DNA from: Auanema rhodensis
Lineage: Eukaryota > Animalia > Nematoda
Assembly (NCBI GenBank): GCA_964057225.1
Contig: OZ059897.1
Coordinates: forward strand, 7,502,001 to 7,566,000
DNA: 64,000 bases
Direction: 5' to 3'
Positions 26,505 to 39,569 of the stretch are shown here, in pieces (the first letter of the stretch is position 1; each line of letters begins with the position of its first letter). The notes under the pieces were generated by a model. That model had not been told where the DNA came from, searched no databases, and was given only the letters and a program-made list of their open reading frames with translations. A program made the translations under genes and the position numbers.

Positions 26505-27336
26505 ATGACTACTTCTAAAGATTCTACAATTAAACCAAAGGACACATTCCGAGGAAGCTTAGCTTTCGCTGCTAACGCTCAAGGAGTGTCCGACTTCAGT
26601 GACTATAGTGTTAAAAATTATTATTCTAAGAGAAATAATAATCCTTTACTTCCTCAATCAATTAGGGGTTGTATTATTGGAAAATCAGGATGTGGAAAGA
26701 CTAATTTGCTTATGAATTTACTTTTGGATGCTTACAAAGATGAAGAATATCTAGATTACAATAATCTTTATATTTTTTTCCACTACTCTTTTCCAGCGTT
26801 GTTATCAAGCTCCTATTAATGGATTTGAGGATGCACTTACAAAGAAAGAAATTAGAGAATGTTTACGCAAGCAAAATTTCTTAATTGAAGAAAGAGATGA
26901 TCCGAAACCAATAATTGAGGTAAGAACATCGGATAAATTAGAAGATATTCCAGATCCATTATCAATTGATCCTGATAAGAAAACTTTAATAATTTTTGAT
27001 GACTTAATGCTTGAGAAGCAAAATAAAATAGAACAATATTATACTCGAGGAAGACACAATAACATAGATTGTTTCTAAATTTCACAGAGCTACATAAAAC
27101 TTCCAAAGAATACGATTCGTGAGAATGCTAATCTTTTTATAGTCTTTCCTCAAGATAAGCTTAATTTAGATTACATCTACAGAGATCATTGCTCTGAGAT
27201 CCTGAAAATAGAATTTCTTGAAATGACTAGAGAAATTTGGAAGGAAAAATATAATTTTTTAACAATTGACAAAACTAGTGATTTAGATGATGGAAAGTTT
27301 AGAATGTGTTTGAAGTATTTTTACGTTTTTGCTTAG
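26505..27336 (+). pseudogene. A32/FtsK-type DNA packaging ATPase, with frameshift(s) and a premature stop
   Basis: Walker A IIGKSGCGKTNLL, Walker B LIIFDDL, YYTRGRHNNIDCF*ISQSY..LPKNTIRENAN. Frameshift near 26780 and TAA at about 27076. Confidence 0.92.
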
Positions 27337-27493
27337 CAAAACCTTGAAAATTTTATTTTTGACTTGTTTGCTTGATCTTCTCTCGAAGCTTCCTTCGGAA
27401 GTGTAAACCATTGAAAATTTCAATTTTGAGATCTTCTGGATCGAAGCCTGCCTTAGATCGTTTTTTAGGACATCGTCTAGGAAGCTTGTTTCA

Positions 27494-27922
27494 TTAATTT
27501 TGAATACTTTTCTGAATGTAAGCAATTTGTTCTTCTGGTGTTCTTTTTGGAATTTTCCTTGTTATATCTACCAATCCCATAGATCTAGGAATCGAAGATT
27601 CTACTACTTTCTTCATTTCCTTCACTACACCCGGGTCTTGCAGATCCTTAGATTTTTGTTCATCTTCTTTCAATTTAAGTATTTCACTAGTTATATTTGG
27701 TGAATTCTTTTTTAGATTCGGAATATAACTCAAACAAAATCTTCCTGAAGAATCTCTAATACCAGGATGTTTCACTCCTTTGGAATTATGCGGTATATTA
27801 TATTGAGTCAAATATTTCTTTATAGTTTTTGGTGAAATACCAGTCTTTTGATGAAATGATAATATACTATTCTTTTTGAAATCATACGTTTTAAGCTCTT
27901 CAATGAGATTATGGACTTCCAT
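27494..27922 (-). CDS. Maverick accessory protein with a possible N-terminal helix-turn-helix
   Basis: SILSFHQKTGISPKTIKKYL HTH-like pattern and an RDSSGRF motif. Confidence 0.45.
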   Translation of the reverse strand: MEVHNLIEELKTYDFKKNSILSFHQKTGISPKTIKKYLTQYNIPHNSKGVKHPGIRDSSGRFCLSYIPNLKKNSPNITSEILKLKEDEQKSKDLQDPGVVKEMKKVVESSIPRSMGLVDITRKIPKRTPEEQIAYIQKSIQN

Positions 27923-28217
27923 TTATAATTTGTGTAGCAAAAGAAAATCTTTGATTTATATGAAGTATTTTTTTACAATACCAAATTACATTACCTTACT
28001 TTACTCTACCTTGCTTTACTGTATTACTTTACCAATATACCAGATTACTTTACAATATTCCCACAGAGTCGAAGACTCCTAGAACTGAATGATTGAATAG
28101 AAAAAATATTCTTATGTAGAAGACATTCAAAAAATTGATGGAAATAAAAGTTTAGATTTTTCAGAAATTCTGGAGTATACTAAAAATGAATATACTAAAG
28201 AAACAGCTCAAAATTAT

Positions 28218-28717
28218 TTGGATGCATTAGAAAAAATGATTGCTACTATTGAAGATTCAAAGTTATCTCAAAGTGACAAATGCAGTTATAAATATGCTTT
28301 TACTAAACATTTAACATCGGAATGCAAAAGTGAGTGTAAGAGTATAATTATCAATTGTCTAGGAATTTCTAATAAGAAAAAATCTATGATGATCAAGGAA
28401 CAACAAAAAGCATTTCAAAAAGAAAGAGATGAACATAATGAAATCTTGAAGGAGTATAATGAGAAAAGGAACAAATAGTAGAAGTACCTTCAATTGATCT
28501 TTCTCTTACTCTAAAGAATAAGAAGACATTGACAAATCGAGAATGTTTAGATTTTCTCAATGATCTAGATATAGATGATTCACTTCTTAGTGATAAGTTT
28601 AAAAGAGTGGGTGTTTCTGAAGAATTTCCAAATGTTTCGAGAGCATATGTAAAGAAAGGTATAAATAAAGAGAATAACATTATTCAGCGTCAGCAGTGTA
28701 ACCTTCCTCAAAGCTAA
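28218..28717 (+). pseudogene. Fragmented hypothetical Maverick ORF
   Basis: Consecutive K/E-rich ORF pieces with the same codon style as neighbouring Maverick genes. Confidence 0.3.
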
Positions 28718-28784
28718 AAAGTTAAAAACCTATACTCCTTTAGGTCATTGGCTAAAAGCCGATGTTGAGGTAAATACCAGGTAG

Positions 28785-29840
28785 TTATTTCTTTTTTATC
28801 TTTTTCTGGCGAATCAATTCATCGAGAATAGAATGAATTTTATTATATTCACCATTATTCCCAGCTTGATATGAACCTACTGATAATCTTAATGAATCCA
28901 ATAGAGCATTAATATCAGAAGGTAAAATGATTGTTTGATTATTCGAACTTCCTAATGAAGATTGGTGAGAAGTTTGTTGTACTGTTTTTGCCACACTACT
29001 TACAGTAGCTGGACTTTGCATAAGCTTAGAGCTTCCTAACGTAAGTTGAGAACTTCCTTCCTTAGTTTGCTGAGAAGATTTTTCTTTAGTTACACTACTT
29101 TCAGTAGCTTGACCTTTGGAAACAAAATAATTCTCTTTAATGAATTTCCATTTATCACTAGCATCTGCATTATATCTTTTACTACTTTTATCAAATCCTT
29201 GATACAAAGCATTCGAACACAATAGTATTTCTCGATAACTTTGTTTATCTTGATCTGTTATTTTGCTTAAATTTGGAGATTTTTTAGTTAATAATTCCAT
29301 TAAATCTTCAGAAGCTTGATAATTTATATCATCAACACATAGAATATTATTATCTAATTGGACATCTTTATTTCCAATGGAATAGCCTTTAGTGTCATTA
29401 GAGTATCTTATTGAATATCCTGCATTACTTTTATCTCTAGGATCTTGTAAGTAAGTAGCAATTAAGTTGGAAACTTTGATTGATGGAGATTCTTTTGGTT
29501 TTGGACTACTAGATTGAATTTGTTTATTAGGGGTTCCAGTAGGTGGTAGAATCCGTGATAAACTTTGAATTCCTTGCAAATTCGGGTGAATCCTTTGAGA
29601 ATCCCTTAATGAATTAAGAGTTTGAACTATCTTATTCTTATCATCAATAATTTCTTCCTGTAATTTCTTATTTGATTCTAGTATGGGTTTGAATACTTCT
29701 ATACGATGATCTTCTACATTCTCTAGATTACTGCGTTCTTGTGAATTCTTGAACTTGTGTTCCTTCCTATTTTTTAGAAAAGCTTGAACTATCTCATTCC
29801 TTTTCTTGGGATCATAGATTTCTACCAATCCTTTGGACAT
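28785..29840 (-). CDS. Conserved Polinton/adintovirus protein of unknown function
   Basis: N-terminal DPKKRNEIVQAFLK..FKPI, central YSIRY..YSIGNKDV..YQASEDLMELL, and C-terminal LPSDINALLDSLRLSVGSYQAGN..ILDEL. These motifs recur in Polinton ORFs as recalled. Confidence 0.6.
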   Translation of the reverse strand: MSKGLVEIYDPKKRNEIVQAFLKNRKEHKFKNSQERSNLENVEDHRIEVFKPILESNKKLQEEIIDDKNKIVQTLNSLRDSQRIHPNLQGIQSLSRILPPTGTPNKQIQSSSPKPKESPSIKVSNLIATYLQDPRDKSNAGYSIRYSNDTKGYSIGNKDVQLDNNILCVDDINYQASEDLMELLTKKSPNLSKITDQDKQSYREILLCSNALYQGFDKSSKRYNADASDKWKFIKENYFVSKGQATESSVTKEKSSQQTKEGSSQLTLGSSKLMQSPATVSSVAKTVQQTSHQSSLGSSNNQTIILPSDINALLDSLRLSVGSYQAGNNGEYNKIHSILDELIRQKKIKKK

Positions 29841-29971
29841 TTTGAAAAAGTAATTTATTTATAAAAAATTATTGTATTTATAAATGGAAGAAATTACTGA
29901 AGCTATTCATCAGAGGAAATTCTCAAGGATCTCCTTCGGATTCACCAAGAAATTCTCAAGAAAACCTAGAA

Positions 29972-32900
29972 GTGATCTCTAAATTTGTTAAATTAGTTAT
30001 GCATCAATCAAAATACTCAAGAGCTTCGACTTCCCAAAAATCGGAGGGTTATGGTCAAGTATACAATGAATATTCATTTTACTTAGTAATTAATGAAACT
30101 AACTACACTGATATCGCTAGAAATCTAGTGTATCAAGAAAGATCTAAGTTTCCAGAGGAACGAGAAAGTAAGTATTTAAAGACTACCTTTTTAAATTTAG
30201 TAAAATCTGTTGATGACATTCATAACTACTTAGATTCTACTTATCAAAAAGAAGATAAAGCTATCAAACTCAATATCATGTTTGGATACGTGAGTGAAAG
30301 AAATGATGAAGTTAATCTCTTCAAACCTGGTAAAAATGAGTATTTCTTTAAAAAACCCCAAATAATGAAAAATGCAGAACATCTTAGAAGTATAAAACAA
30401 AAACTAACACAAGAATCTATTACAATGTATTTGAGCCAGAGTCGCCCAGATTCTAAAACTATCATTCTTGGAGTGTATGCAATGGGTTTAAAAATCACTA
30501 GATTAGATTTTCCGATTGGTAGTAAAAGACAACTACCGGATTATATTAAAGATTCAAAATTTATTGATAGTTTAGAAAATGCTGAAAATAATATGTGTTT
30601 CTTTAATTGTATCGCACTTGCTACACGATGTAGAATTGATAGATATAAGAAAAAATCAAAAGAAATATTTGATAAATTTTATGAAAAAAGTATTAAAAGG
30701 GGTAAAAGAAAATACGAAGAATATGTGGGATTTGATTTTGTTAATGAATTAGATCTTTTTGAAGAAATATATCGAGGACTAGCAGTGAATATTGTTAGTT
30801 GTTACCCTAGTAGTGATGAAAAACAACAAGAACTTAGTGTTTCTTATATCAGGAAATCTAAATTCAATGAAGAAAGGAAAAGTATTTATCTTAATCTATA
30901 TCTTGATCATTTTTCCTTTATTACTGATTTAAAGAAATTGAGTAAAGCCTACGTGTGTAATAGATGTGGTTTCAAATGTAGAGATAATCATAATCTACAA
31001 AGACATATTGAAACTTGTCAATTAGAACAAATAGATGTTTTCCCTAAGTATCCTAAGTTGTGGAATAAGAAAAGAAATATTATTGTCGAACTTTCTGATT
31101 ATTATGATGTTGAAGTAGACTTTAGGTATGAGTATCTCATTGTGTTTGATTTTGAAGCTATTCTGTCAATACTTCGAAGAACCCCGGAATTTAATGAAGA
31201 CCTGGAGGTAGTGAAGGACAATAAAAAGTTGACTTATGTTGGTAAACACACACCAGTCTCAGTTTCGATAACTTCCAATGTACCAAATTTCGAAAATGAG
31301 AAATTCATATTATCTGAAAATCCTCGAGATCTAATTAGAGAGATGTTTGAATATTTTGACAAAGCTTGTGCTAAGGCTGGACATTTGATGATTGAAAAGA
31401 CGAAGCCACTTTTAGATAAATTACTAGAGAAAAATGATAAAAAAATTATGAATTAGTAGTACAATACTGTTCTGTTGTTCCTATTTTGGGTTTTAATAGT
31501 GGAGGTTATGATATAAATTTAGCAGCTGACGAAGGTTTTATGAGTGAAATAATCAAAAGATGTCAAGATCCTTTCATTATTAAAGAAGGAGCTAATAGAT
31601 ACAAAGTTATAAAAACAAATAACTTCATATTTCTTGATCAGATGGGGTATTGTGCTGCTGGAACATTATTAGAGAAATTATTTAAAGCTTACGATGTTGG
31701 AGAACAGAAAGGATGGTTTCCTTATGAATGGTTTGATAGTTATGAAAAGTTAGACTTTCCTACAAAAGATTTAAAGATCGAAGATTTCTATTCTTCTTTG
31801 AAAAATAAACACATTTCGAATGAAGATTTCACTACTTTGATAAAAATTTGTAATGAAAGAAAATTAACTAAAGTCAGAGATTTATTAGAGTGTTATAATA
31901 ACTTAGATGTACGACCCTTATTGAAGACTTGTTTGAAACAGAAAGAATTCTTTTACACTTTCAATTTGGATATGTATAAAGATGCTGTTTCTCTTCCAGG
32001 TTTAAGTGAACATATTTTATATCAATTTCAAATTCAAGGTTTTGAAAAGTATTTAGAACAGAGATCTCCGAAATCTCCTTACACTTTGAAAATAGATGAA
32101 AAAACCCTAGAAAGAAGAATTTACAACTACTATAAACAAGATAAAGAATCAAATAGGTCGACCGATGATATTTTAGAGGTTGAAGACGTTGTTGAAATCT
32201 TGAAAAGAGAAAACTATAAATGTTTCTATTGTTGGTTCCTTTTGAAGGAAGATACATGGTCTCTTGATAGACTTGATTGTCCCAAAAGTCATACAAAAGA
32301 TAATTGTGTTGCATGCTGTATTTCTTGTAATAAATCGAGATCCGATAAATTATTCAAAGAGTTTTATAGACATAAAGCTCTTCTAAGATGGGAAAAAGAT
32401 CATCCAATGATTTGGCATTTTGGAGAAGAAAATAAAGAAGCATTTTATAAATTCAAAATTAACATAACTGGTGGAGCTTCATTAGTGTTTCATAGATATC
32501 ATGAAAAAGAAAAAACACAAATCACTAGAGTACACTACGATCTAGATAAAAAAGACTGGTATTATGATAAAGAAGGTAAAACAGTTGAGAAAATAGTTGG
32601 ATTTGATGCTAATGCTCTATATTTGTGGTGCCTTGGTGAAGAAATGCCTTGTGGAAAATTGTATTATTTAAAAACTGATGATTTTTCATTTTATCAAAGA
32701 AGTTTGATGAGTGATACATTCTCCTTTTTCGGATTTTTAGAAGTAGATATTGAGGTACCAGAAGATAAATGGGAATATTTTGGTGAATTAAGTCCCATAT
32801 TTGTAAATAAAGAGTATGATGAGAGTGTTTGTGGTGAATATACCAAAGAAGTTTTGAAGAAGTCAAAGAGAAAACCTTCTAAAAGTAAAAAACTCGTTAC

Positions 32901-33339
32901 TGCTTTAAAAGCTGAAAAAATTCTTATTAAATCTACAAGATTAAGATGGATGTTAGAACATGGATGCAAGGTAACGAAATTACATGGGGTTGTAGAAGCT
33001 AAACGAGGAAGAATATTCGAAGATTTCATGAATTGGGTATCTGATGAAAGACGTAAAGGAGATGTTGATCAAAAGTATGCTATAATTTCTGAAGGAGCTA
33101 AATTAGTTGGAAATTCAGCCTTTGGTGTAACTGGAATGGATAAGAATAAACATAGAAAGGTTAAAATGTGTGATGAAATACAGTTCAATAGAGCTAAAAA
33201 TGATTATTTTTACTATGATGCTGAAGAATTTGATGTAAGCGAAAATGGGTTTGCTAAAGTATATGAAGTTGTTAAGAAATCGAAAAAAGTAAAACAAAAC
33301 ATGCCTATCCAAATCGCTTGTAGTGTGTATGATGTATGA
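29972..33339 (+). pseudogene. Protein-primed family B DNA polymerase (pPolB), frameshifted at about 31445 and truncated before motif C
   Basis: C2H2 finger, ExoI VFDFEA, ExoII GFNSGGYD, KGWFPYEW, ExoIII YNNLDV, GGASLVF, motif A FDANALY, motif B KLVGNSAFG. Ends at NMPIQIACSVY with no DTDS. Confidence 0.93.
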
Positions 33340-33570
33340 ATAAAATTAGGTTAGAAGAATCTAAATTTGCTCACCGTTCCTTGAGAGCTCTCTGGTTCCG
33401 GGTTCCAGTCACGTCACCTGATCTGCCTAGCGATGAATGTTCTCTTCTCAAACTGGTTTTTGATAGCTGCAGTGACACTAGTCTTATTTCTTTACTCAAT
33501 TCCAATCACATATCTGTTACTCGCTGCACCCTCAAATCAGGGTCCCCTGGTCCACTTATCATAACGTGTC
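33336..33570 (-). other. ~235-bp unrelated filler (host exon-like piece with GTGAG donor) between the truncated PolB and the inverted duplication
   Basis: Abrupt composition change, no match to the Maverick copy, minus-strand donor at about 33374. Confidence 0.45.
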
Positions 33571-35543
33571 CTTATCACTAAGAAGTGAATCATCTATATC
33601 TAGATCATTGAGAAAATCTAAACATTCTCGATTTGTCAATGTCTTCTTATTCTTTAGAGTAAGAGAAAGATCAATTGAAGGTACTTCTACTATTTGTTCC
33701 TTTTCTCATTATACTCCTTCAAGATTTCATTATGTTCATCTCTTTCTTTTTGAAATGCTTTTTGTTGTTCCTTGATCATCATAGATTTTTTCTTATTAGA
33801 AATTCCTAGACAATTGATAATTATACTCTTACACTCACTTTTGCATTCCGATGTTAAATGTTTAGTAAAAGCATATTTATAACTGCATTTGTCACTTTGA
33901 GATAACTTTGAATCTTCAATAGTAGCAATCATTTTTTCTAATGCATCCAAATAATTTCGAGCTGTTTCTTTAGTATATTCATTTTTAGTATACTCCAGAA
34001 TTTCTGAAAAATCTAAACTTTTATTTCCATCAATTTTTTGAATGTCTTCTACATAAGAATATTTTTTCTATTCAATCATTCAGTTCTAGGAGTCTTCGAC
34101 TCTGTGGGAATATTGTAAAGTAATCTGGTATATTGGTAAAGTAATACAGTAAAGCAAGGTAGAGTAAAGTAAGGTAATGTAATTTGGTATTGTAAAAAAA
34201 TACTTCATATAAATCAAAGATTTTCTTTTGCTACACAAATTATAAATGGAAGTCCATAATCTCATTGAAGAGCTTAAAACGTATGATTTCAAAAAGAATA
34301 GTATATTATCATTTCATCAAAAGACTGGTATTTCACCAAAAACTATAAAGAAATATTTGACTCAATATAATATACCGCATAATTCCAAAGGAGTGAAACA
34401 TCCTGGTATTAGAGATTCTTCAGGAAGATTTTGTTTGAGTTATATTCCGAATCTAAAAAAGAATTCACCAAATATAACTAGTGAAATACTTAAATTGAAA
34501 GAAGATGAACAAAAATCTAAGGATCTGCAAGACCCGGGTGTAGTGAAGGAAATGAAGAAAGTAGTAGAATCTTCGATTCCTAGATCTATGGGATTGGTAG
34601 ATATAACAAGGAAAATTCCAAAAAGAACACCAGAAGAACAAATTGCTTACATTCAGAAAAGTATTCAAAATTAATGAAACAAGCTTCCTAGACGATGTCC
34701 TAAAAAACGATCTAAGGCAGGCTTCGATCCAGAAGATCTCAAAATTGAAATTTTCAATGGTTTACACTTCCGAAGGAAGCTTCGAGAGAAGATCAAGCAA
34801 ACAAGTCAAAAATAAAATTTTCAAGGTTTTGCTAAGCAAAAACGTAAAAATACTTCAAACACATTCTAAACTTTCCATCATCTAAATCACTAGTTTTGTC
34901 AATTGTTAAAAAATTATATTTTTCCTTCCAAATTTCTCTAGTCATTTCAAGAAATTCTATTTTCAGGATCTCAGAGCAATGATCTCTGTAGATGTAATCT
35001 AAATTAAGCTTATCTTGAGGAAAGACTATAAAAAGATTAGCATTCTCACGAATCGTATTCTTTGGAAGTTTTATGTAGCTCTGTGAAATTTAGAAACAAT
35101 CTATGTTATTGTGTCTTCCTCGAGTATAATATTGTTCTATTTTATTTTGCTTCTCAAGCATTAAGTCATCAAAAATTATTAAAGTTTTCTTATCAGGATC
35201 AATTGATAATGGATCTGGAATATCTTCTAATTTATCCGATGTTCTTACCTCAATTATTGGTTTCGGATCATCTCTTTCTTCAATTAAGAAATTTTGCTTG
35301 CGTAAACATTCTCTAATTTCTTTCTTTGTAAGTGCATCCTCAAATCCATTAATAGGAGCTTGATAACAACGCTGGAAAAGAGTAGTGGAAAAAAATATAA
35401 AGATTATTGTAATCTAGATATTCTTCATCTTTGTAAGCATCCAAAAGTAAATTCATAAGCAAATTAGTCTTTCCACATCCTGATTTTCCAATAATACAAC
35501 CCCTAATTGATTGAGGAAGTAAAGGATTATTATTTCTCTTAGA
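33571..35543 (-). repeat. 1,973-bp inverted duplication of Maverick interior 26625-28597
   Basis: Mirror ORFs whose coordinate pairs sum to 62168. Near-identical (one substitution noticed at about 28210/33958) and shares the ATPase lesions. Confidence 0.97.
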
Positions 35544-38500
35544 CTTTTAATCTAACGGTCAGGGTTCGAGCATCCTACGGGGATAATTTTTTACATTCTA
35601 TCTGTCCCGAATATGTAAAACTTAATTTTCTTACCTTGTTTAAACTTTTATTTATTCCAGAATCTTGAATTTTTCTTCAAATATAGATCATTTTGAATTA
35701 AATTTAGAAGTAAATATACTATTCTATGAGTAGGTACTTTATTAATTTTATGAAGTTAGGAGGATGTGTAGCCTCGTTAGCTCAGCTGGTAGAGCGTTAG
35801 ACTTTTAATCTAACGGTCAGGGGTTCGAGCCCCCTACGGGGCTAATTTTTTACATTCTATCTGTCCCGAATATGTAAAACTTAATTTTCTTACCTTGTTT
35901 GAACTTTTCTTTATTCCAGAATCTTGAATTTTTCTTCAAATATAGATCATTTTGAATTAAATTTAGAAGTAAATATACTATTCTATGAGTAGGTACTTTA
36001 TTAATTTTATGAAGTTAGGAGGATGTGTAGCCTCGTTAGCTCAGCTGGTAGAGCGTTAGACTTTTAATCTAACGGTCAGGGGTTCGAGCCCCCTACGGGG
36101 CTAATTTTTTACATTCTATCTGTCCCGAACATGTAAAACTTAATTTTCTTACCTTGTTTGAACTTTTCTTTATTCCAGAATCTTGAATTTTTCTTCAAAT
36201 ATAGATCATTTTGAATTAAATTTAGAAGTAAATATACTATTCTATGAGTAGGTACTTTATTAATTTTATGAAGTTAGGAGGATGTGTAGCCTCGTTAGCT
36301 CAGCTGGTAGAGCGTTAGACTTTTAATCTAACGGTCAGGGGTTCGAGCCCCCTACGGGGCTAATTTTTTACATTCTATCTGTCTCGAATATGTAGAACTT
36401 AATTTTCTTAGCTTGTTTAAACTTTTATTTATTCCAGAATCTTGAATTTTTCTTCAAATATAGATCATTTTGAATTAAATTTAGAAGTAAATATACTATT
36501 CTATGAGTAGGTACTTTATTAATTTTATGAAGTTAGGAGGATGTGTAGCCTCGTTAGCTCAGCTGGTAGAGCGTTAGACTTTTAATCTAACGGTCAGGGG
36601 TTCGAGCCCCCTACGGGGCTAATTTTTTACATTCTATCTGTCCCGAACATGTAAAACTTAATTTTCTTACTTTGTTTGAACTTTTATTTATTCCAGAATC
36701 TTGAATTTTTCTTCAAATATAGATCATTTTGAATTAAATTTAGAAGTAAATATACTATTCTATGAGTAGGTACTTTATTAATTTTATGAAGTTAGGAGGA
36801 TGTGTAGCCTCGTTAGCTCAGCTGGTAGAGCGTTAGACTTTTAATCTAACGGTCAGGGGTTCGAGCCCCCTACGGGGCTAATTTTTTACATTCTATTTGT
36901 CCCGAATATGTAAAACTTAATTTTCTTACCTTGTTTGAACTTTTCTTTATTCCAGAATCTTGAATTTTTCTTCAAATATAGATCATTTTGAATTAAATTT
37001 AGAAGTAAATATACTATTCTATGAGTAGGTACTTTATTAATTTTATGAAGTTAGGAGGATGTGTAGCCTCGTTAGCTCAGCTGGTAGAGCGTTAGACTTT
37101 TAATTTAACGGTCAGGGGTTCGAGCCCCCTACGGGGCTAATTTTTTACATTCTATCTGTCCCGAATATGTAGAACTTAATTTTCTTAGCTTGTTTAAACT
37201 TTTATTTATTCCAGAATCTTGAATTTTTCTTCAAATATAGATCTTTTTGAATTAAATTTAGAAGTAAATATACTATTCTATGAGTAGGTACTTTATTAAT
37301 TTTATGAAGTTAGGAGGATGTGTAGCCTCGTTAGCTCAGCTGGTAGAGCGTTAGACTTTTAATCTAACGGTCAGGGGTTCGAGCCCCCTACGGGGCTAAT
37401 TTTTTACATTCTATCTGTCCCGAATATGTAAAACTTAATTTTCTTACCTTGTTTGAACTTTTCTTTATTCCAGAATCTTGAATTTTTCTTCAAATATAGA
37501 TCATTTTGAATTAAATTTAGAAGTAAATATACTATTCTATGAGTAGGTACTTTATTAATTTTATGAAGTTAGGAGGATGTGTAGCCTCGTTAGCTCAGCT
37601 GGTAGAGCGTTAGACTTTTAATCTAACGGTCAGGGGTTCGAGCCCCCTACGGGGCTAATTTTTTACATTCTATCTGTCTCGAATATGTAGAACTTAATTT
37701 TCTTAGCTTGTTTAAACTTTTATTTATTCCAGAATCTTGAATTTTTCTTCAAATATAGATCATTTTGAATTAAATTTAGAAGTAAATATACTATTCTATG
37801 AGTAGGTACTTTATTAATTTTATGAAGTTAGGAGGATGTGTAGCCTCGTTAGCTCAGCTGGTAGAGCGTTAGACTTTTAATCTAACGGTCAGGGGTTCGA
37901 GCCCCCTACGGGGCTAATTTTTTACATTCTATCTGTCCCGAACATGTAAAACTTAATTTTCTTACTTTGTTTGAACTTTTATTTATTCCAGAATCTTGAA
38001 TTTTTCTTCAAATATAGATCATTTTGAATTAAATTTAGAAGTGAATATACTATTCTATGAGTAGGTACTTCATTAATTTTATGAAGTTAGGAGGATGTGT
38101 AGCCTCGTTAGCTCAGCTGGTAGAGCGTTAGACTTTTAATCTAACGGTCAGGGGTTCGAGCCCCCTACGGGGCTAATTTTTTACATTCTATCTGTCCCGA
38201 ATATGTAAAACTTTATTTTCTTACCTTGTTTGAACTTTTATTTATTCCAGAATCTTGAATTTTTCTTCAAATATATATCTTTTTGAATTAAATTTAGAAG
38301 TAAATATAATATTGTATGAGTAGGTACTTTATTATTTTTATGAAATGGTGGCGATATGTAGCCTCGTTAGCTCAGCTGGTAGAGCGTTAGACTTTTAATC
38401 TAACGGTCAGGGTTCGAGCATCCTACGGGGATAATTTTTTACATTCTATCTGTCCCGAATATGTAAAACTTTATTTTCTTACCTTGTTTGAACTTTTATT

Positions 38501-39569
38501 TATTCCAGAATCTTGAATTTTTCTTCAAATATATATCTTTTTGAATTAAATTTAGAAGTAAATATAATATTGTATGAGTAGGTACTTTATTAATTTTATG
38601 AAGTTAGGAGGATGTGTAGCCTCGTTAGCTCAGCTGGTAGAGCGTTAGACTTTTAATCTAACGGTCAGGGGTTCGAGCCCCCAACGGGGCTGATTCTTTA
38701 CATTCTATCTGTCCCGAACAGGTAAAACTTAATTTTCTTACCTTGTTTGAACTTTTATTTATTCCAGAATCTTGAATTTTTCTTCAAATATAGATCATTT
38801 TGAATTAAATTTAGAAGTAAATATACTATTCTATGAGTAAGTACTTCATTATTTTTATGAAATGGTGACGATATGTAGCCTCGTTAGCTCAGCTGGTAGA
38901 GCGTTAGACTTTTAATCTAATGGTCAGGGTTCGAGCATCCTACGGGGATAATTTTTTACATTCTATCTGTCCCGAATATGTAAAACTTTATTTTCTTACC
39001 TTGTTTGAACTTTTATTTATTCCAGAATCTTGAATTTTTCTTCAAATATATATCTTTTTGAATTAAATTTAGAAGTAAATATACTATTCTATGAGTAAGT
39101 ACTTCATTATTTTTATGAAATGGTGGCGATATGTAGCCTCGTTAGCTCAGCTGGTAGAGCGTTAGACTTTTAATCTAACGGTCAGGGGTTCGAGCCCCCT
39201 ACGGGGCTAATTTTTTACATTCTATCTGTCCCGAACATGTAAAACTTAATTTTCTTACCTTGTTTGAACTTTTATTTATTCCAGAATCTTGAATTTTTCT
39301 TCAAATATAGATCATTTTGAATTAAATTTAGAAGTAAATATACTATTCTATGAGTAGGTACTTTATTAATTTTATGAAGTTAGGAGGATGTGTAGCCTCG
39401 TTAGCTCAGCTGGTAGAGCGTTAGACTTTTAATCTAACGGTCAGGGGTTCGAGCCCCCTACGGGGCTAATTCTTTACATTCTATCTGTCCCGAACAGGTA
39501 AAACTTAATTTTCTTACCTTGTTTAAACTTTTATTTATTCCAGAATCTTGAATTTTTCTTCAAATATAG
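35539..39569 (+). repeat. tRNA-Lys(UUU) array block B (15 full genes plus a leading half-gene)
   Basis: Starts mid-tRNA at TTAGACTTTT. Full genes at 35771 ... 39395. Confidence 0.96.

Larger units (their letters stand above)
22297..33335. mobile_element. Decayed Maverick/Polinton (adintovirus-like endogenous virus) fragment, truncated at both ends
   Basis: Intronless cluster of major capsid, fusogen, minor capsid, packaging ATPase and protein-primed PolB. No TIRs, integrase or protease are retained. Confidence 0.93.

Noticed and set aside
31435-31460. Programmed -1 frameshift in pPolB at the A7 run
   Set aside because: Not a canonical in-frame X XXY YYZ heptamer. Neighbouring genes are also decayed, so a one-base deletion or a homopolymer error is simpler.
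22789-35316. Many short antisense or overlapping ORFs in the track (e.g. 24113, 30244, 31961, 32609, 32694, 33115, 35062)
   Set aside because: Shadows of real Maverick genes or of their inverted copy, with no motifs
26625-35543. 2-kb inverted repeats as Maverick TIRs flanking PolB
   Set aside because: They start mid-ATPase, copy internal genes with their lesions, lack terminal simple repeats and a 6-bp TSD, and end in microhomology
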